NCBI GenBank assembly: GCA_963848155.1
Contig: CAWKCL010000007.1
Location: 431,002-495,001 of the forward strand
Source: an uncultured delta proteobacterium
Lineage (GTDB): Bacteria > Desulfobacterota > Zymogenia > Zymogenales > Zymogenaceae
DNA length: 64,000 bases
Direction: 5' to 3'
In this document: piece after piece, positions 61,189 to 64,000 of the stretch
Layout: each line of letters begins with the position of its first letter
Position numbering within the stretch: the stretch's first letter is position 1
The notes under the pieces: generated by a model
The model's input: the letters and a program-made list of their open reading frames with translations, nothing else
Database searches by the model: none
What the model was told of the DNA's origin: nothing
Translations under genes and position numbers: made by a program

Positions 61189-62145
61189 TTACGCGGCACG
61201 GAACGTCACATACCTGTCATTCCGTCCGATTCTCGCCCGACGGCTGTTCAGTGGCGCGGGTGCCTTTCCGCTCTCCTCTTGCCGCCATTCCTTTGCCCTG
61301 AATTCGGAGAGGATGATCCCCGTAAGGATCAGCGCGGCCCCGATATACCCCCGGCTCCCGAGCACCTCTCCCCCCCACCAGAAGGCGAATATCGCCGCGA
61401 AGACCGGCTCCATCGTGAAGATAACCGCGGCCCGCGTGGGGGACGTATATTGCTGCGCCCAGGTCTGAACGGTGAAGTTGAAGGCGGTCGCAAAGATCGC
61501 CAGAAAAATAATTGCACCGATCACGTACCCGGACAATGCGTGGGGCGCCTCGCCGATGGTTACGGCCGACACCCCCGCCCACGTCGTCATCGCAACCATC
61601 TGGGCTATCGCCACCAGGTAAACGTCGTGCTTGACCGCGTACCACCCCGTCAGGATCACGTGGAACGCCACGCTCACCGCACAGGCGATCACCCAGACGT
61701 CTCCCCGATTGATCGAGAAATCGTCTCCCACCGTCAACAGGAAGAGACCCGCCGCGCTGATCACCGCCCCGATCGCGGCGGTCGCGGCGGGCATCTTTCT
61801 GAAGAAGATCGCGAGGATAAAGGGGACGAGGATCACGTGCAGCCCCGTGATGAACCCCGCGTTAGAGGCCGACGTGTATTTGAGGCCTATCGTCTGCAGG
61901 ACAAAGGCGGAAAAGAGGACCGAGCCCAGGATGAATCCGTCCCGAAAGGAGTGCGGAGTAAACCGCCTGAGCCGCCGGAAAAAGACGGCCAACAGTATAA
62001 CCGTTGCCAGGGAAAAACGCAGGAAGAGGAACCAGTAGAGGTCAAGCTCCGTGATGGCCGTCTTGACCATAATAAACGACATCCCCCAGAAGAGGCAGAT
62101 GAGAACGAGCATCAGATCGGCAATGACGCCCTTTTTGGTCGTCAT
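61189..62145 (-). CDS. DMT superfamily (EamA-like) transporter
   Basis: 10 TM helices and two EamA repeats. Start taken at MTTKKG. Confidence 0.8.
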   Translation of the reverse strand: MTTKKGVIADLMLVLICLFWGMSFIMVKTAITELDLYWFLFLRFSLATVILLAVFFRRLRRFTPHSFRDGFILGSVLFSAFVLQTIGLKYTSASNAGFITGLHVILVPFILAIFFRKMPAATAAIGAVISAAGLFLLTVGDDFSINRGDVWVIACAVSVAFHVILTGWYAVKHDVYLVAIAQMVAMTTWAGVSAVTIGEAPHALSGYVIGAIIFLAIFATAFNFTVQTWAQQYTSPTRAAVIFTMEPVFAAIFAFWWGGEVLGSRGYIGAALILTGIILSEFRAKEWRQEESGKAPAPLNSRRARIGRNDRYVTFRAA

Positions 62146-62160
62146 GTGAAACCCCGGGCT

Positions 62161-62195
62161 AAAAGGTAAAAGAAAAGGGGCACTTCTCATGCCCC
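62161..62195 (-). terminator. Rho-independent terminator after ahcY
   Basis: GGGGCA-cttctca-TGCCCC hairpin (62177..62195) followed on the minus strand by a U-rich tract. Confidence 0.55.
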
Positions 62196-62242
62196 GCGAC
62201 TGATCGGTTTTTTTCTCTCGGCATGACCGTTTCGGCCGTCTC

Positions 62243-63556
<1,314 letters not shown>

Positions 63557-63649
63557 TCACCACGCCGGTGTCGATTATTTCTTCCAGCCCCCGGCCAACC
63601 ACGTAGTGCGTATACCCCGTCTCGCCGATCGGGTTCCGGAACTCACGTC

Positions 63650-64000
63650 CTATACGCCGGCCGCCTTCTTGAGCCGCTTGACCATATCGACCGTTTCCCA
63701 GGTAAAACCGCCTTCTTCCCTTCCGAAGTGGCCGTAGGCTGCCGTTTGCCGGTATTTCGGCTTGAGCAGGTCGAGCTGTTCGATTATGGCCGCGGGCCGA
63801 AAATCAAACTCCTCCTGAATTATCCGGGCAATCTGATCGGGCGGTATGACGCTGGTACCATCGGTGTTTATCATAAAGGAAACCGGTTCGGCCTTTCCAA
63901 TCGCATAGGCAACCTGGACTTCGCACCGTTTCGCAAGTCCCGCCGCCACGATGTTCTTGGCGACATAGCGCGCCATGTAGGAGCCGGAGCGGTCGACCTT
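63650..64000 (-). CDS. metK: S-adenosylmethionine synthetase, C-terminal part (gene continues beyond the window end)
   Basis: ...[23 protein letters not shown]...TAAYGHFGR...FTWE matches the MetK C-terminus. The frame is open to position 64000. Confidence 0.85.
   Translation of the reverse strand, partial: KVDRSGSYMARYVAKNIVAAGLAKRCEVQVAYAIGKAEPVSFMINTDGTSVIPPDQIARIIQEEFDFRPAAIIEQLDLLKPKYRQTAAYGHFGREEGGFTWETVDMVKRLKKAAGV

Noticed and set aside
60913-62169. 418-aa plus-strand ORF
   Set aside because: Antisense to the EamA transporter. Extreme Arg/Gly/Asp/Pro low complexity.
63557-63649. Possible SAH riboswitch between metK and ahcY
   Set aside because: The 93-nt spacer was inspected on the minus strand. 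The conserved SAH-element core (GAGGAGCG...GCAGGCUCG...AACGGCGCUC) is not present.

Overview
This is a high-GC (about 60%) chromosomal segment from a diderm, probably anaerobic bacterium. LptE, MurJ and a YdbH/AsmA-like protein indicate a diderm; Kce, a MetF-MTHFR_C fusion and an AmmeMemoRadiSam system point to an anaerobe, and a Desulfobacterota-like lineage is only a weak inference. The window is dense, mostly housekeeping and metabolic coding sequence. From left to right it contains:
- a partial stomatin/SPFH gene;
- a kce-ctfB-ctfA operon (3-keto-5-aminohexanoate cleavage enzyme plus CoA-transferase A/B);
- a cluster of B12-binding radical SAM, ECF transporter CbiQ/CbiO, an HDAC-like deacetylase, an alpha/beta hydrolase, two SAM methyltransferases and a membrane metallophosphoesterase;
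- a secreted VIT-vWA protein, MarR, a mono-haem cytochrome c and an IMPase;
- a CaiB-type CoA-transferase, a Y_phosphatase3-like pseudo-phosphatase and an AmgK/MurU-like kinase-nucleotidyltransferase pair;
- TauE, an MFS/GPH transporter, cysS, a crotonase, a 4Fe-4S protein and uvrB;
- a CrtI-like flavoenzyme translationally coupled to a PDR/FNR-type [2Fe-2S] reductase;
- a FecR-domain protein, uvrC, a long-chain acyl-CoA ligase, comEC, a MetF-MTHFR_C fusion, ogt and murJ;
- rpsT, then holA-lptE-leuS, and a membrane-embedded spermidine-synthase-like protein;
- an AmmeMemoRadiSam system (AmrS plus an AmrB-AmrA fusion) whose proteins carry predicted export signals;
- an FmdB zinc ribbon, DUF1318 (YdbL-like) with YdbH-like AsmA-family protein;
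- lipoproteins, an EamA transporter and ahcY-metK.
No rRNA, tRNA, CRISPR array or obvious mobile element was seen. A recurring pattern is that at least 10 genes, including essential rpsT, holA and comEC, are split between two reading frames, often at homopolymer runs. This is most consistent with indel errors in the assembly rather than pseudogenes. The most unusual biology is the AmmeMemoRadiSam trio whose proteins carry predicted Tat/Sec export signals, and the CrtI-like/PDR-reductase pair.
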